DNA of 64,000 nucleotides from an uncultured Candidatus Saccharibacteria bacterium (GTDB lineage Bacteria; Patescibacteriota; Minisyncoccia; Phycocordibacterales; UBA6899): NCBI GenBank assembly GCA_964469335.1, contig CAYXYK010000002.1, positions 125,549 to 189,548 of the forward strand, read 5' to 3'. Shown piece by piece: positions 29,607 to 37,881 of this stretch (position 1 is its first letter; each line of letters starts with the position of its first letter). The notes under the pieces were generated by a model. It saw only the letters and a program-made list of their open reading frames with translations, ran no database searches and was not told where the DNA came from. The position numbers and the translations under genes were made by a program.

Positions 29607-31059
29607 TACCGTTTACAAGTAAAGATGCTTCCCCGATCAGTTTCGCGATCGATGCAGGAACATATAGCGATAGCACGATGAGAACCACCAGGATCACGAA
29701 AAGCGGGATGAGTGTGAGACTGTTATGCTCACCGATGGCGATCTCGCCATTCGGCTCTCCGTAGAGCATGAGCGCCGCGTGACGCAGGAATCCGACAAAG
29801 ACGAGGATGAGCGCAAGGAGAAGTGCGACGAGAAGGTATATGGATGTATTCGTCGCAGCAGAGAGGATCGCGAATTTGCTCGCGAAGATACCGAACGGGG
29901 GCATCCCGACGAGGATGAATATTCCCAAAAAGAACACTATGCTCGTTTTGGGTAACGTTCTGATCATTCCGCGCACTGAATCGATCTTTGTCGAGCTATA
30001 TTTCAAGAAGATATTCCCTGATGACATGAATAACATCGACTTAGTAAGTGCATGATAGATGATATGCAGGACTGCACCCATCGCTCCGATGCCTCCAACT
30101 CCAGTTCCGATTGCAATAAGACCCATGTTCTCGATACTTGAATACGCAAATAGGCGTTTGTAGTGTTTTTGTCTGAGTAGTGTGAAGGCGACGATTACTA
30201 CGGATAGCAGTCCGAAGCCGATCATCAAGTTTCCGGCAAAGTGGTCAGCAGAAACAGTGTCAACGATACCTTTGAAGCGTACAAGTGCCAAGAATGCGAC
30301 ATTCAACAATACACCCGAGAGCAGAGCCGAGATCGGCACGGGTGCCTTCGAGTGGGCATCAGGAAGCCACGTGTGCATCGGGGCCAGACCGACCTTAGTT
30401 CCGAATCCAACAAGGATGAAGATGAATGCGACATGTGCGGCGAGCGGAGACGCACCTCCTGCGATCATGCGCAGGTCGCTCCATGAAAGAAGTGATTCCC
30501 CGCCGGTTGCGCCGATTGAAGCGATAAGCAGGATCATTCCAAAGAAACCAAGAAGAAGCCCGACAGAATTGATGACGACATATTTCCATGCTGCCTCTAT
30601 CGATGATGTCTTGTTGTAGAAACTAATGAGAAATACCGTTGCAAGTGTGGTTGCCTCTATTGCGATCCACATGAGCACGGGGCTTGTTGTCGATGCTGCA
30701 AGGAACATCGCGAACAGAAATGCATTCAGAAGGATGTAGTACTCGCGCATCTTCTTGGGGGTGACATAGCCCTTCTTCTCCTCTTCCGAGAGGTAGCCCG
30801 ACGAGTAAAGCATCGCATTCGTTCCCACAAAAGCAATGACAGAAAGAATGATAGCCGAGAGCGGGTCTAGCTCGAACCATACCGAAGAAGCGACCATCAC
30901 TCCTGTGCTTGTGAGATATGCAGCAAAAAGTGAGAGTGCAAGGACTATCCCCATTGAAAGCATGCTGGCGAGCTCGATCCATTTGACTTGACGATCCTTG
31001 AGGCCGAAAGCGACTAGTGCTGACGCGAGCGGAAGAATGATGATGGTGAAAAGTAACAT
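29596..31059 (-). CDS. NuoM/NuoN/HyfF-like antiporter-type membrane subunit
   Basis: Polytopic membrane protein with Mrp/NuoLMN-type motifs (WLPDAHSKAPVPISALLSG). Likely start MLLFTIII with an AAGGAAG RBS. The ORF track extends upstream to 31170. Confidence 0.8.
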   Translation of the reverse strand: MLLFTIIILPLASALVAFGLKDRQVKWIELASMLSMGIVLALSLFAAYLTSTGVMVASSVWFELDPLSAIILSVIAFVGTNAMLYSSGYLSEEEKKGYVTPKKMREYYILLNAFLFAMFLAASTTSPVLMWIAIEATTLATVFLISFYNKTSSIEAAWKYVVINSVGLLLGFFGMILLIASIGATGGESLLSWSDLRMIAGGASPLAAHVAFIFILVGFGTKVGLAPMHTWLPDAHSKAPVPISALLSGVLLNVAFLALVRFKGIVDTVSADHFAGNLMIGFGLLSVVIVAFTLLRQKHYKRLFAYSSIENMGLIAIGTGVGGIGAMGAVLHIIYHALTKSMLFMSSGNIFLKYSSTKIDSVRGMIRTLPKTSIVFFLGIFILVGMPPFGIFASKFAILSAATNTSIYLLVALLLALILVFVGFLRHAALMLYGEPNGEIAIGEHNSLTLIPLFVILVVLIVLSLYVPASIAKLIGEASLLVNGNAH

Positions 31060-31063
31060 GGTA

Positions 31064-31720
31064 TTAGTCTTCCTTGAGGTGAGTAAGGTGAGAAACCCTG
31101 AGAGTGCCGAAGCTCTGATGTAATCTGGAGATGAAGATGAGTGCGATGATGATCCAGATAGCGATGTCAAAGCTCATCCCGATCTCAAGAAGTAGTGCAT
31201 GCTTCACTCCGATGGCGATGCCTGTCTGCATGGTCCAATTCTCCAGCGAGAGGATTCCGACGATCTGACCGAAGACGTCACGGTGATTGACGATGAAATA
31301 GAGCGAGGTAAGGATGCCTGAGACAAGTATCGGATAGAGCACTATCGGGAAAAGTTGACCATCACCTACGCTCGAGATAAACGGCATGAGCAGTTTCGTT
31401 GATAGGAACATTAGGAGAAGGATCGCGAACAAGGACAAAGGAATCCCAAGATATGTGCCCGAAGCGAAGTATATCTTCGAGCGTTTGATCACCGCATAGA
31501 AGAAGTAAGGGGCAAGCACTACCTTGATGATGAACGTCATGAGTGCGACAACGGTGAGGATTCGGTCATGCTCGATCATCGAGATGATCCCCAGAAAGAC
31601 CACGAGTCCGAGCGACTGTAGTGCGTAGAGTGTGACCAGCGAGGTGTTCTTTCGGGTCACATGCATGAAGATGCTTGCGATGAACGCGACGACACAACTG
31701 ATGGTGAGTAACTCGGTCAT
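31064..31720 (-). CDS. HyfE-like small membrane subunit (about 218 aa)
   Basis: Size and hydropathy match the hydrogenase-4 component E family. Embedded between the antiporter-like subunits. Confidence 0.55.
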   Translation of the reverse strand: MTELLTISCVVAFIASIFMHVTRKNTSLVTLYALQSLGLVVFLGIISMIEHDRILTVVALMTFIIKVVLAPYFFYAVIKRSKIYFASGTYLGIPLSLFAILLLMFLSTKLLMPFISSVGDGQLFPIVLYPILVSGILTSLYFIVNHRDVFGQIVGILSLENWTMQTGIAIGVKHALLLEIGMSFDIAIWIIIALIFISRLHQSFGTLRVSHLTHLKED

Positions 31721-31729
31721 GATAGTTGA

Positions 31730-32668
31730 TTACAGGATGACGATTAAGGTGGCGATGAGTCCGAGCACAAGACCGGTCATGATCATGTCGGGAACACGGA
31801 AAATACGGAATTTCGCCATCGTCGATTCGACCAATGCGATGAGTGCGGTGAATACAGCGATGTTGAGCAAGAGATAGAGTGCTCCGTAAAAAATACTGAT
31901 GGGCGAAGTCGAGGAAAGTGTTCCCCACGGAAGATAAAGGTGTGCACCGAGCACGATGAAGTAAAGCAGTTTGTTCCATGATGCCCACTCGACAAGAGCG
32001 AGTCGCTTTCCTGAGTACTCGAGGATCATTGCCTCGTGGATCATCGTCAGTTCAAGGTGGGTGGTCGGGTTGTCAACAGGGATACGCGCGTTCTCGACCG
32101 CAAGTGCGACAAGGAACGCACATCCAGCGAGTATGATCGGGAGATATGCGATCGCCGATATGGTGTATGAGCCGATAGCGATCCCTCCGAGATCTGTGGT
32201 GCGAAAAGCAATGACGAGTGGCAGGACTGCAAAGAGAAGCACTCCCTCAGTAATGGCGTTCATTGAAAGTTCGCGGCTGGAGCCGAATCCTCCGAATGCA
32301 CTACCGACGTCCATTCCGGCGAGTGCAATGAGGAATGCCGAGAGGCCGAGCAAGTAGATCACGATGAGAAAATCACCCGTCCACGTAAACGAGAGCGGTA
32401 CTAGGAGCGGTACGCCTGTTCCGAGTACAAGTGTGATCGCGAAGAGCGCGAATGGTACAGCGCGGAACACCCATGACGCGTCTCGCGAGATAATCTCATT
32501 CTTCGAGAATAACTTGAGGAGATCGCGGTACGGCTGAAGCACACTTGCGCCTACTCTATTCTGCAAATATGCCTTCATCTTTCTGATGATGCCGATCACC
32601 AACGGCGATAGCGCCGCGATGATGAGCGACTGGAATATCGGAACAAGGATCAGTAGGTAATTTGTCAT
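31730..32668 (-). CDS. NuoH/HycD/HyfC-like membrane subunit
   Basis: NuoH-family polytopic protein (GFGSSRELSMNAITEG...HLELTMIHEAMILEYSG). Start MTNYLL overlaps the upstream stop as ATGA. Confidence 0.8.
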   Translation of the reverse strand: MTNYLLILVPIFQSLIIAALSPLVIGIIRKMKAYLQNRVGASVLQPYRDLLKLFSKNEIISRDASWVFRAVPFALFAITLVLGTGVPLLVPLSFTWTGDFLIVIYLLGLSAFLIALAGMDVGSAFGGFGSSRELSMNAITEGVLLFAVLPLVIAFRTTDLGGIAIGSYTISAIAYLPIILAGCAFLVALAVENARIPVDNPTTHLELTMIHEAMILEYSGKRLALVEWASWNKLLYFIVLGAHLYLPWGTLSSTSPISIFYGALYLLLNIAVFTALIALVESTMAKFRIFRVPDMIMTGLVLGLIATLIVIL

Positions 32669-34689
32669 ATGTAGATTGCGACCAAAAGGATAAGTACGAT
32701 CAGTACATAGAGGATGTAGGCATTCAGGTTTCCGTTCTGGATGTGTTTTATCTTCGCTCCGAACCACTCGATTGCCTTCCCTATCGGCTGGTATAGGTAA
32801 CGACCGAACACATCCACGACTTCAAGGACGACGGTCTTGGATCTAAAGAAGTAAGGACTATCCGGATGAACGAGCGCGTAATCTACATGTTTCCTCGTCG
32901 GGATGATGCGCTTCAAGAACATCAGGATGGTGCGCGAGAAAGCTGTTGCGCTTATCTCATTGTTCGGATAGAGCGGATAGCCACAGTCCCAGGTATCACC
33001 GATAGTTTCAGTATTCTCTCTTGTGAAAATGCGCACGATAAGGAATACGAGAACGAGTACTGCAACAAAGATAATTGCCGTAGGTATCAGGTCAATGATC
33101 GGAACATTCAAGCCTCGCAATGCTGAGGCAGGAGTATTCTCATTGCCTACTGATAACGCAACATGCTCAAAATATTCAATCGCTTTCTTTGACATGAGCC
33201 CAAGAACAACAATCATCGTGCCAAGGAAAAGATAAGAAAGTTGCATCATGCCGCTCGCTTCCTTCATGTGAGTCATGTCTGTCATACGCGTTCGTGCCAG
33301 AAAAGTCATGCCAAATGCCTTTGCAAAAGCAAGGATTGTTATACCTGAAGCGAATGCCAATGCGGTAAGCGCGATAAGGAATACGGCTTTAATGAGGAAG
33401 TATGGGGCGGAAAGACCAACTAGCATGGTCTGAAAGATGAGCCACTCACTTGCGAAGCCATTGAGCGGAGGAAATGCCGACACCGCGAGAGCCGCAAGGA
33501 AGAACGCGACTGCGGTTCGAGGAAGGAAGCGGATCACCCCGCCGAGCTTTTCCATGTTTGCTGTTCCCGCTCCTGCGACAACCGTACCCGCGGAGAGGAA
33601 AAGCAGTCCTTTGAACATCGCATGGTTGACGATGTGAAAAAGGAGAGCGATGAGTGCTATGGCGACGAGTGCTTCCACGTGGTAACCAAGGAAAACTACC
33701 GCCGCACCAAGAGAGAGGGTCATTAAGCCTATGTTCTCGATGCTCGAGAACGCAAGTAATCGCTTGAGGTCGGTCTGTGCGCTACCCTGCAGTATCCCGA
33801 GTACGGCGGAAACTGCTCCGATAAGCATAATCGCAGGTCCCCACCACCATGACGGCGATGGCAGGAATTCGAAAATGAAACGAACCAAAAGGAGGAGTGC
33901 GGTCTTGATCATTACTCCAGACATCAGCGCGGAGATATGTGCAGGAGCTGCAGGATGTGCCTCTGGTAACCAGGTGTGGAGCGGCATCATACCCGCCTTG
34001 GTGCCGAAGCCGATGAGCGCGAGCACAAAAACGATGCTTGCGGTTATGGCGGGCACTGTACCTTGACCTCCTCGCCATAGATCGAAACTTGTTGATCCAA
34101 AGAAATGTCCGAGCATAAAGAGTGCGCCGACAATCGCAGCAGCACCGATGTGCATCATCACGAAATAGAAGAATCCCGCACGGACATTCTCTGCCTTTCG
34201 ATGCTCGAAAATGATGAGTAAGTATGAGACGAGTGACATCATCTCCCATGCGACAAGGAAGAACAATGCATCATTGGCGGTAATCACAAGAACCATGCTG
34301 GCAAGAAATGCATTGAAGAGTAGACCAAGATACCCAGTATTGTAATGACCATCATAGTGACGACTGTAGCTAGACCCATAGAGTGAAGCGGCTGCACCGA
34401 CAACGCCGATGATGAGGAGGAATACCGACCCTAAAAGATCGATGCGGAAACTATATGGAATGAAACCGAATGTCGAAGGAAGTGTGAATGAGATGGACTC
34501 ACCACCTTTGATCGTAAGGCAAGCAATGACTGCAACAAGAAGAGAGGCGATGAATGCTGGAACGTACGCGGCGAGCATGCGCGCTGTGTGGGCCTTGCCG
34601 CGAAGTAGCAGCAGTGAAAAGATCACCCCAGCGAACAGTACGCCAAGCGCATCTATGAACAACTTCGTTATGAGTACGGAGGACAGCAT
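32665..34689 (-). CDS. NuoL/HycC/HyfB-like antiporter-type membrane subunit (674 aa)
   Basis: Long NuoL/MnhA-like subunit with WLPEAHPAAPAHISALMSG. Confidence 0.8.
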   Translation of the reverse strand: MLSSVLITKLFIDALGVLFAGVIFSLLLLRGKAHTARMLAAYVPAFIASLLVAVIACLTIKGGESISFTLPSTFGFIPYSFRIDLLGSVFLLIIGVVGAAASLYGSSYSRHYDGHYNTGYLGLLFNAFLASMVLVITANDALFFLVAWEMMSLVSYLLIIFEHRKAENVRAGFFYFVMMHIGAAAIVGALFMLGHFFGSTSFDLWRGGQGTVPAITASIVFVLALIGFGTKAGMMPLHTWLPEAHPAAPAHISALMSGVMIKTALLLLVRFIFEFLPSPSWWWGPAIMLIGAVSAVLGILQGSAQTDLKRLLAFSSIENIGLMTLSLGAAVVFLGYHVEALVAIALIALLFHIVNHAMFKGLLFLSAGTVVAGAGTANMEKLGGVIRFLPRTAVAFFLAALAVSAFPPLNGFASEWLIFQTMLVGLSAPYFLIKAVFLIALTALAFASGITILAFAKAFGMTFLARTRMTDMTHMKEASGMMQLSYLFLGTMIVVLGLMSKKAIEYFEHVALSVGNENTPASALRGLNVPIIDLIPTAIIFVAVLVLVFLIVRIFTRENTETIGDTWDCGYPLYPNNEISATAFSRTILMFLKRIIPTRKHVDYALVHPDSPYFFRSKTVVLEVVDVFGRYLYQPIGKAIEWFGAKIKHIQNGNLNAYILYVLIVLILLVAIYI

Positions 34690-34695
34690 GATGAA

Positions 34696-35238
34696 TTATT
34701 TCGTAGCTACCTGCTTAGATGCTTCGTATTTCAGGATATCGTTGAGCGCCTTGATGACGTCACTCGGGCTCGGGGGGTCACCTGGGATCTCATAGTCGAC
34801 TGGAATGACGTCACTGAGTGAGTCGACGATCCCATAAGAGCCTCGGAATATACCTCCGTTAATCGCTCCGTCCCCTACGGCAACTACGATTTTCGGAGTC
34901 GCCATCGCATCATAGCTATGTTTCACTCCTTGGATCATGTTGCGGGATACGGGTCCGGTCACCATGAGCATGTCTGCGTGGCGGGGTGATGCAACGAAGT
35001 GCACGCCAAGACGCTCGATGTCATAGTATGCATTGGTAAGGGCAGTCAGTTCCTGCTCTTCAGCGTTCGAAGATCCTGCTGCTACTTCGCGGATGGCAAG
35101 TGAGCCATGAAAGAGCCTTCGAACATTCTCAGCTAGCTCGGCTTTTGTAGTGTCGATGGTCTTTCCCCCCTCGAATAAAACCTCCGTTTTAATGACGGTT
35201 CGGGGAGTCCTTAAGATCTTCAGCAGCATTTGCAGCAT
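34696..35238 (-). CDS. NuoB/HycG/HyfI-like small subunit lacking all four Fe-S (N2) cysteine ligands
   Basis: Alignable to NuoB: FVASPRHADMLMVTGPVSRNM, KIVVAVGDGAINGG, VIPVDYEIPGDPPSP. The CCxxE, GSCANGG and PGCPP cysteines read AAGSSNAEE, GDGAINGG and PGDPP. 180 aa. Confidence 0.8.
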   Translation of the reverse strand: MLQMLLKILRTPRTVIKTEVLFEGGKTIDTTKAELAENVRRLFHGSLAIREVAAGSSNAEEQELTALTNAYYDIERLGVHFVASPRHADMLMVTGPVSRNMIQGVKHSYDAMATPKIVVAVGDGAINGGIFRGSYGIVDSLSDVIPVDYEIPGDPPSPSDVIKALNDILKYEASKQVATK

Positions 35239-35350
35239 GTATTTCTTCGCAGTGTCTACTGCGGAATAGCGTTTACAATAGTATTTTTAAGGTTTTTATG
35301 CAAATCAAACGAGTGCACAAGACATATTTGTTATACTGAAACAAAAAATA

Positions 35351-35719
35351 ATGAAGAATTTATCATTCATTAATGAGTTCCATGTGCTTATCGAGGTATT
35401 CATGATCGTACTTGCTCTCTTTTCGGGCGCACTCCTTCTCGTTGTTCTGTTTGCTCCCGTCACTTCACTCCAGCTTGCTCGTATCGAACAGGTAGATATC
35501 ACGATTGCCTTCATATTCCTGACTGAGTTTATCATCCGTTTCGTCACAGCAAGAAGTAAGCGCGATTTTCTGAGAAAGAGCTGGTGGGAGCTTCTCGCTG
35601 CCATACCTGTGAGCAATGAGATCACTGAAGCCCTTCGACTATTGAGGCTACTTCGCATCGGGAGACTCTTGCTCCACATAGAATTCATCCGTGAGAAGCG
35701 CACATCAAGGCGGACATAG
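35351..35719 (+). CDS. stand-alone voltage-sensor-like domain protein (S1-S4; possibly a truncated channel)
   Basis: 122 aa. Three hydrophobic helices with acidic residues, then an S4-like LRLLRLLRIGRLL with Arg every third residue. No pore domain follows. A GC-rich island begins right after the stop. Confidence 0.45.
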   Translation: MKNLSFINEFHVLIEVFMIVLALFSGALLLVVLFAPVTSLQLARIEQVDITIAFIFLTEFIIRFVTARSKRDFLRKSWWELLAAIPVSNEITEALRLLRLLRIGRLLLHIEFIREKRTSRRT

Positions 35720-35757
35720 CGAAATGAAACTCCCCGCAGGCCGAAGCGTGCGGGGAG
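35720..35757 (-). terminator. 9-bp hairpin CTCCCCGCA/TGCGGGGAG with a T-rich tail on the minus strand
   Basis: On the minus strand it is followed by TTTCATTTCG. It sits downstream of minus-strand peptide ORF 1 and directly after the stop of the plus-strand voltage-sensor ORF. Confidence 0.4.
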
Positions 35758-35845
35758 AGTTACTACAGAGAACAGCGATCTGATGGCGAGGACTACCTCA
35801 GTTGCGAAGCATTGCCTCGCTCATCAATCTCGCGCCGGCCGGGCG

Positions 35846-35962
35846 TCAGCGCGCGGCGTGGCCGAAGGTCATGGTCGTGCCGGCGCCCACCGCGACGGTG
35901 TTGGCCAGGCCGAAATCGAGCAGCGTGGTTTGCCTGTGCGAAGTGATCGTGTGTCGTCGCAT
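35846..35962 (-). CDS. 38-aa small ORF (MRRHTITSHRQTTLLDFGLANTVAVGAGTTMTFGHAAR) in a GC-rich island
   Basis: AGGAGA RBS 4 nt upstream of the ATG. Local GC far above the genome background. Downstream hairpin. Not in the ORF track (below the 60-aa cutoff). Confidence 0.3.
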   Translation of the reverse strand: MRRHTITSHRQTTLLDFGLANTVAVGAGTTMTFGHAAR

Positions 35963-36046
35963 GGTTTCTCCTGAAAGAGCGGCGTAGTCGAAGGTGAGCT
36001 ACGATAAATATCCTACATACTGCTAAAAATCCGTCAAGACAAGATA

Positions 36047-36078
36047 TAAAAAAACGGAGCCCCACACGAGGTGGGGCT
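36047..36078 (-). terminator. Rho-independent terminator on the minus strand (AGCCCCAC/GTGGGGCT stem followed by TTTTTTT)
   Basis: Read from the sequence, immediately downstream of minus-strand peptide ORF 2. Confidence 0.6.
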
Positions 36079-36114
36079 ACGGCAGGGTCACGGGGACTCT
36101 GCAGCCGGCGCCGT

Positions 36115-36231
36115 TCAGTCGGGAACGGCGGCGGGGTCGGCGGCGGTGTTGATGGCGGTCACGGCCTTCTTGGCGGCAGCGGCTGCAGCGTGCGCGGCAT
36201 GGATGACGGCGGTGCTTTGTCTTCGTCGCAT
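36115..36231 (-). CDS. 38-aa Ala-rich small ORF (MRRRQSTAVIHAAHAAAAAAKKAVTAINTAADPAAVPD) in a GC-rich island
   Basis: GGAGA RBS 5 nt upstream of the ATG. Same length and the same MRR start as the neighbouring small ORF. Followed by a clean intrinsic terminator. Confidence 0.3.
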   Translation of the reverse strand: MRRRQSTAVIHAAHAAAAAAKKAVTAINTAADPAAVPD

Positions 36232-36486
36232 GGGAGTCTCCGGAAGGTACAGGCGCGATCACGACGATCGCATATTCATGATAGCGTGCACACGATTTTT
36301 GTAAGGGGATTTTTCAGGAATCAGGAATTGGTCACGAATTACTAAGCGTATTCGAAGCAAAGCATTTCATCTGCTAAGTGTTCTCGGCTATAGCTCGCAA
36401 GCTCGCACGTCGTTTCGCGACATTGCAGTGCTTTTCGATTACTGACAGGAAGTGTCTCAGGGCACTTCCTGTATTCCGACATATAT

Positions 36487-36508
36487 GCAAAAGCCGCCTT
36501 TCGGCGGT
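36487..36508 (-). terminator. hairpin terminator downstream of tRNA-Pro (CCGCC-TTTC-GGCGG, T-rich on both strands)
   Basis: Read from the sequence. Confidence 0.5.
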
Positions 36509-36518
36509 TTGCATTTTG

Positions 36519-36589
36519 TCGGAATACCCGGAATCGAACCGGGGTCTCACGCACCCGAAGCGTGTATACTACCTCTGTACTATATTCCG
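36519..36589 (-). tRNA. tRNA-Pro (anticodon CGG)
   Basis: Manual fold: acceptor CGGAATA/TATTCCG, D-arm, anticodon stem CACGC/GCGTG with loop TTCGGGT, T-arm CCCGG-TTCGATT-CCGGG. CCA not encoded. Confidence 0.8.
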
Positions 36590-36629
36590 TTGTTTCTACG
36601 TTAAGTCTTGCCTGATCGCAGCACGCAAC

Positions 36630-36830
36630 TTACATGTTCATTAGACTTGAATAGCTAGCGATGAATGAGGGTATCGCGAACATGAGCCCGATGAGTGGAA
36701 GCACGAGCACGACCACGGTGATGATCATCGTCCAGAGAATATATTTTCTGGTTTTCTCCACAGAGACATAGATCGCGTCGATCTTCTTCTCCATCTCTGA
36801 GAGCTTCGTAGCTGCGTCGTTTTCCACCAA
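36630..36830 (-). CDS. small membrane protein (66 aa), hypothetical
   Basis: GGAGA upstream. C-terminal TM helix ILWTMIITVVVLVLPLIGLMFAIPSFIA. Confidence 0.35.
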   Translation of the reverse strand: MVENDAATKLSEMEKKIDAIYVSVEKTRKYILWTMIITVVVLVLPLIGLMFAIPSFIASYSSLMNM

Positions 36831-36863
36831 GCCATTTAAGCACTTCTCCGGAAAAATACCAAG

Positions 36864-37877
36864 TTACTTCGGTTCTACCCCACGCTCAACGAGCCCGAAC
36901 CCGCATATCACGAGCGCAGCACAGAGCGTAGCAAGGTTATATTCCGGTATGAAGAACGAGATAATTCCAAATGCGAGCGCAGTGAGAAGATAGTGCTTTC
37001 GCATGACATGCCGTTTTGTTTTTGGCGTGTTTCTCTGCCCGAGCCGAACTGAGAGGAGTGCAAAGAAGACGAGGAACGGAACAACGAGCGAGAGGTCAAT
37101 GAACGGTCTGTTCCACCAACGCACGATCCCTCTTTCCCTTAGTGCTGAGTCCGAGTGTGTATCAGATGCTTTTTTGTAAATGATCGCTCCCTTCGGAAAT
37201 ACGGCCTGGATCAGGAATCTCGTATGCGGCGGGGTGTCGGTTGCCTCATAGCGGATCGCATATCCGATCTCTGTCGTCGTGGCATAGACGGCACCGCTCT
37301 CGCACTCCTCGGATTTTCCTTCATTGGTGATGAAGCCACAGCGCGCGGCAATCTTTGATGTCACTGTTTCGTTCGGGAAAAGAATCTCTGCGCGCGTTCT
37401 TCTAATCGGAGCATTCCAATCTGCTCCGAGCACGTCCCAATCGAACTGATCGGAGATGAGATTCGGCGTCACTGCACCGAAGAGTGTATAACGGATCACG
37501 TACAGCTGTGGGCCGGTCACCGTCTCGGCCTTGTCACCGATCTTCAGCGTCACGACGTTTCCGCCCTTGTCGTATGCCACATCATAGCGTTTGCCGTGTC
37601 CGTCAGTGACAAGAATGCTCGCTATGTCTAGGGAAGAATAGTCGGTTTTCCCGAGAGCCCGGACCGAAAGCGGAATTGTGCGATAGATCCCATGAAGGAC
37701 TTCTTCTCCGAAATCATAGACGACCTCTTCCTGTACCGACGCACTGCCGTCGGGCTTTATTTCGATATGCGAACTATAGGTATGGATGAGCTGTTCTGCG
37801 AATGAGGTCGAAGGTAAAAAAAGCGTCACGAGCAACGTGATGAGAAGGCTGCCGACGGATGTTCGGCGGGTAGACAT
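36864..37877 (-). CDS. secreted/membrane protein, DUF2207-like
   Basis: Signal peptide, beta-rich extracellular domain, two C-terminal TM helices. 337 aa. Confidence 0.5.
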   Translation of the reverse strand: MSTRRTSVGSLLITLLVTLFLPSTSFAEQLIHTYSSHIEIKPDGSASVQEEVVYDFGEEVLHGIYRTIPLSVRALGKTDYSSLDIASILVTDGHGKRYDVAYDKGGNVVTLKIGDKAETVTGPQLYVIRYTLFGAVTPNLISDQFDWDVLGADWNAPIRRTRAEILFPNETVTSKIAARCGFITNEGKSEECESGAVYATTTEIGYAIRYEATDTPPHTRFLIQAVFPKGAIIYKKASDTHSDSALRERGIVRWWNRPFIDLSLVVPFLVFFALLSVRLGQRNTPKTKRHVMRKHYLLTALAFGIISFFIPEYNLATLCAALVICGFGLVERGVEPK

Positions 37878-37881
37878 GATG

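Noticed and set aside
35846-35962. A protein-kinase-like 'LLDFGLA' DFG motif in small ORF 1
   Set aside because: It is too short and lacks the other kinase subdomains. It is most likely a chance similarity in an Ala/Gly-rich peptide.
35783-36304. Plus-strand ORFs (63 aa and 77 aa) across the GC-rich island
   Set aside because: They are Ala-rich antisense frames of the minus-strand ORFs. They have GTG or no-SD starts with zero spacing, and they run through the terminator hairpins.
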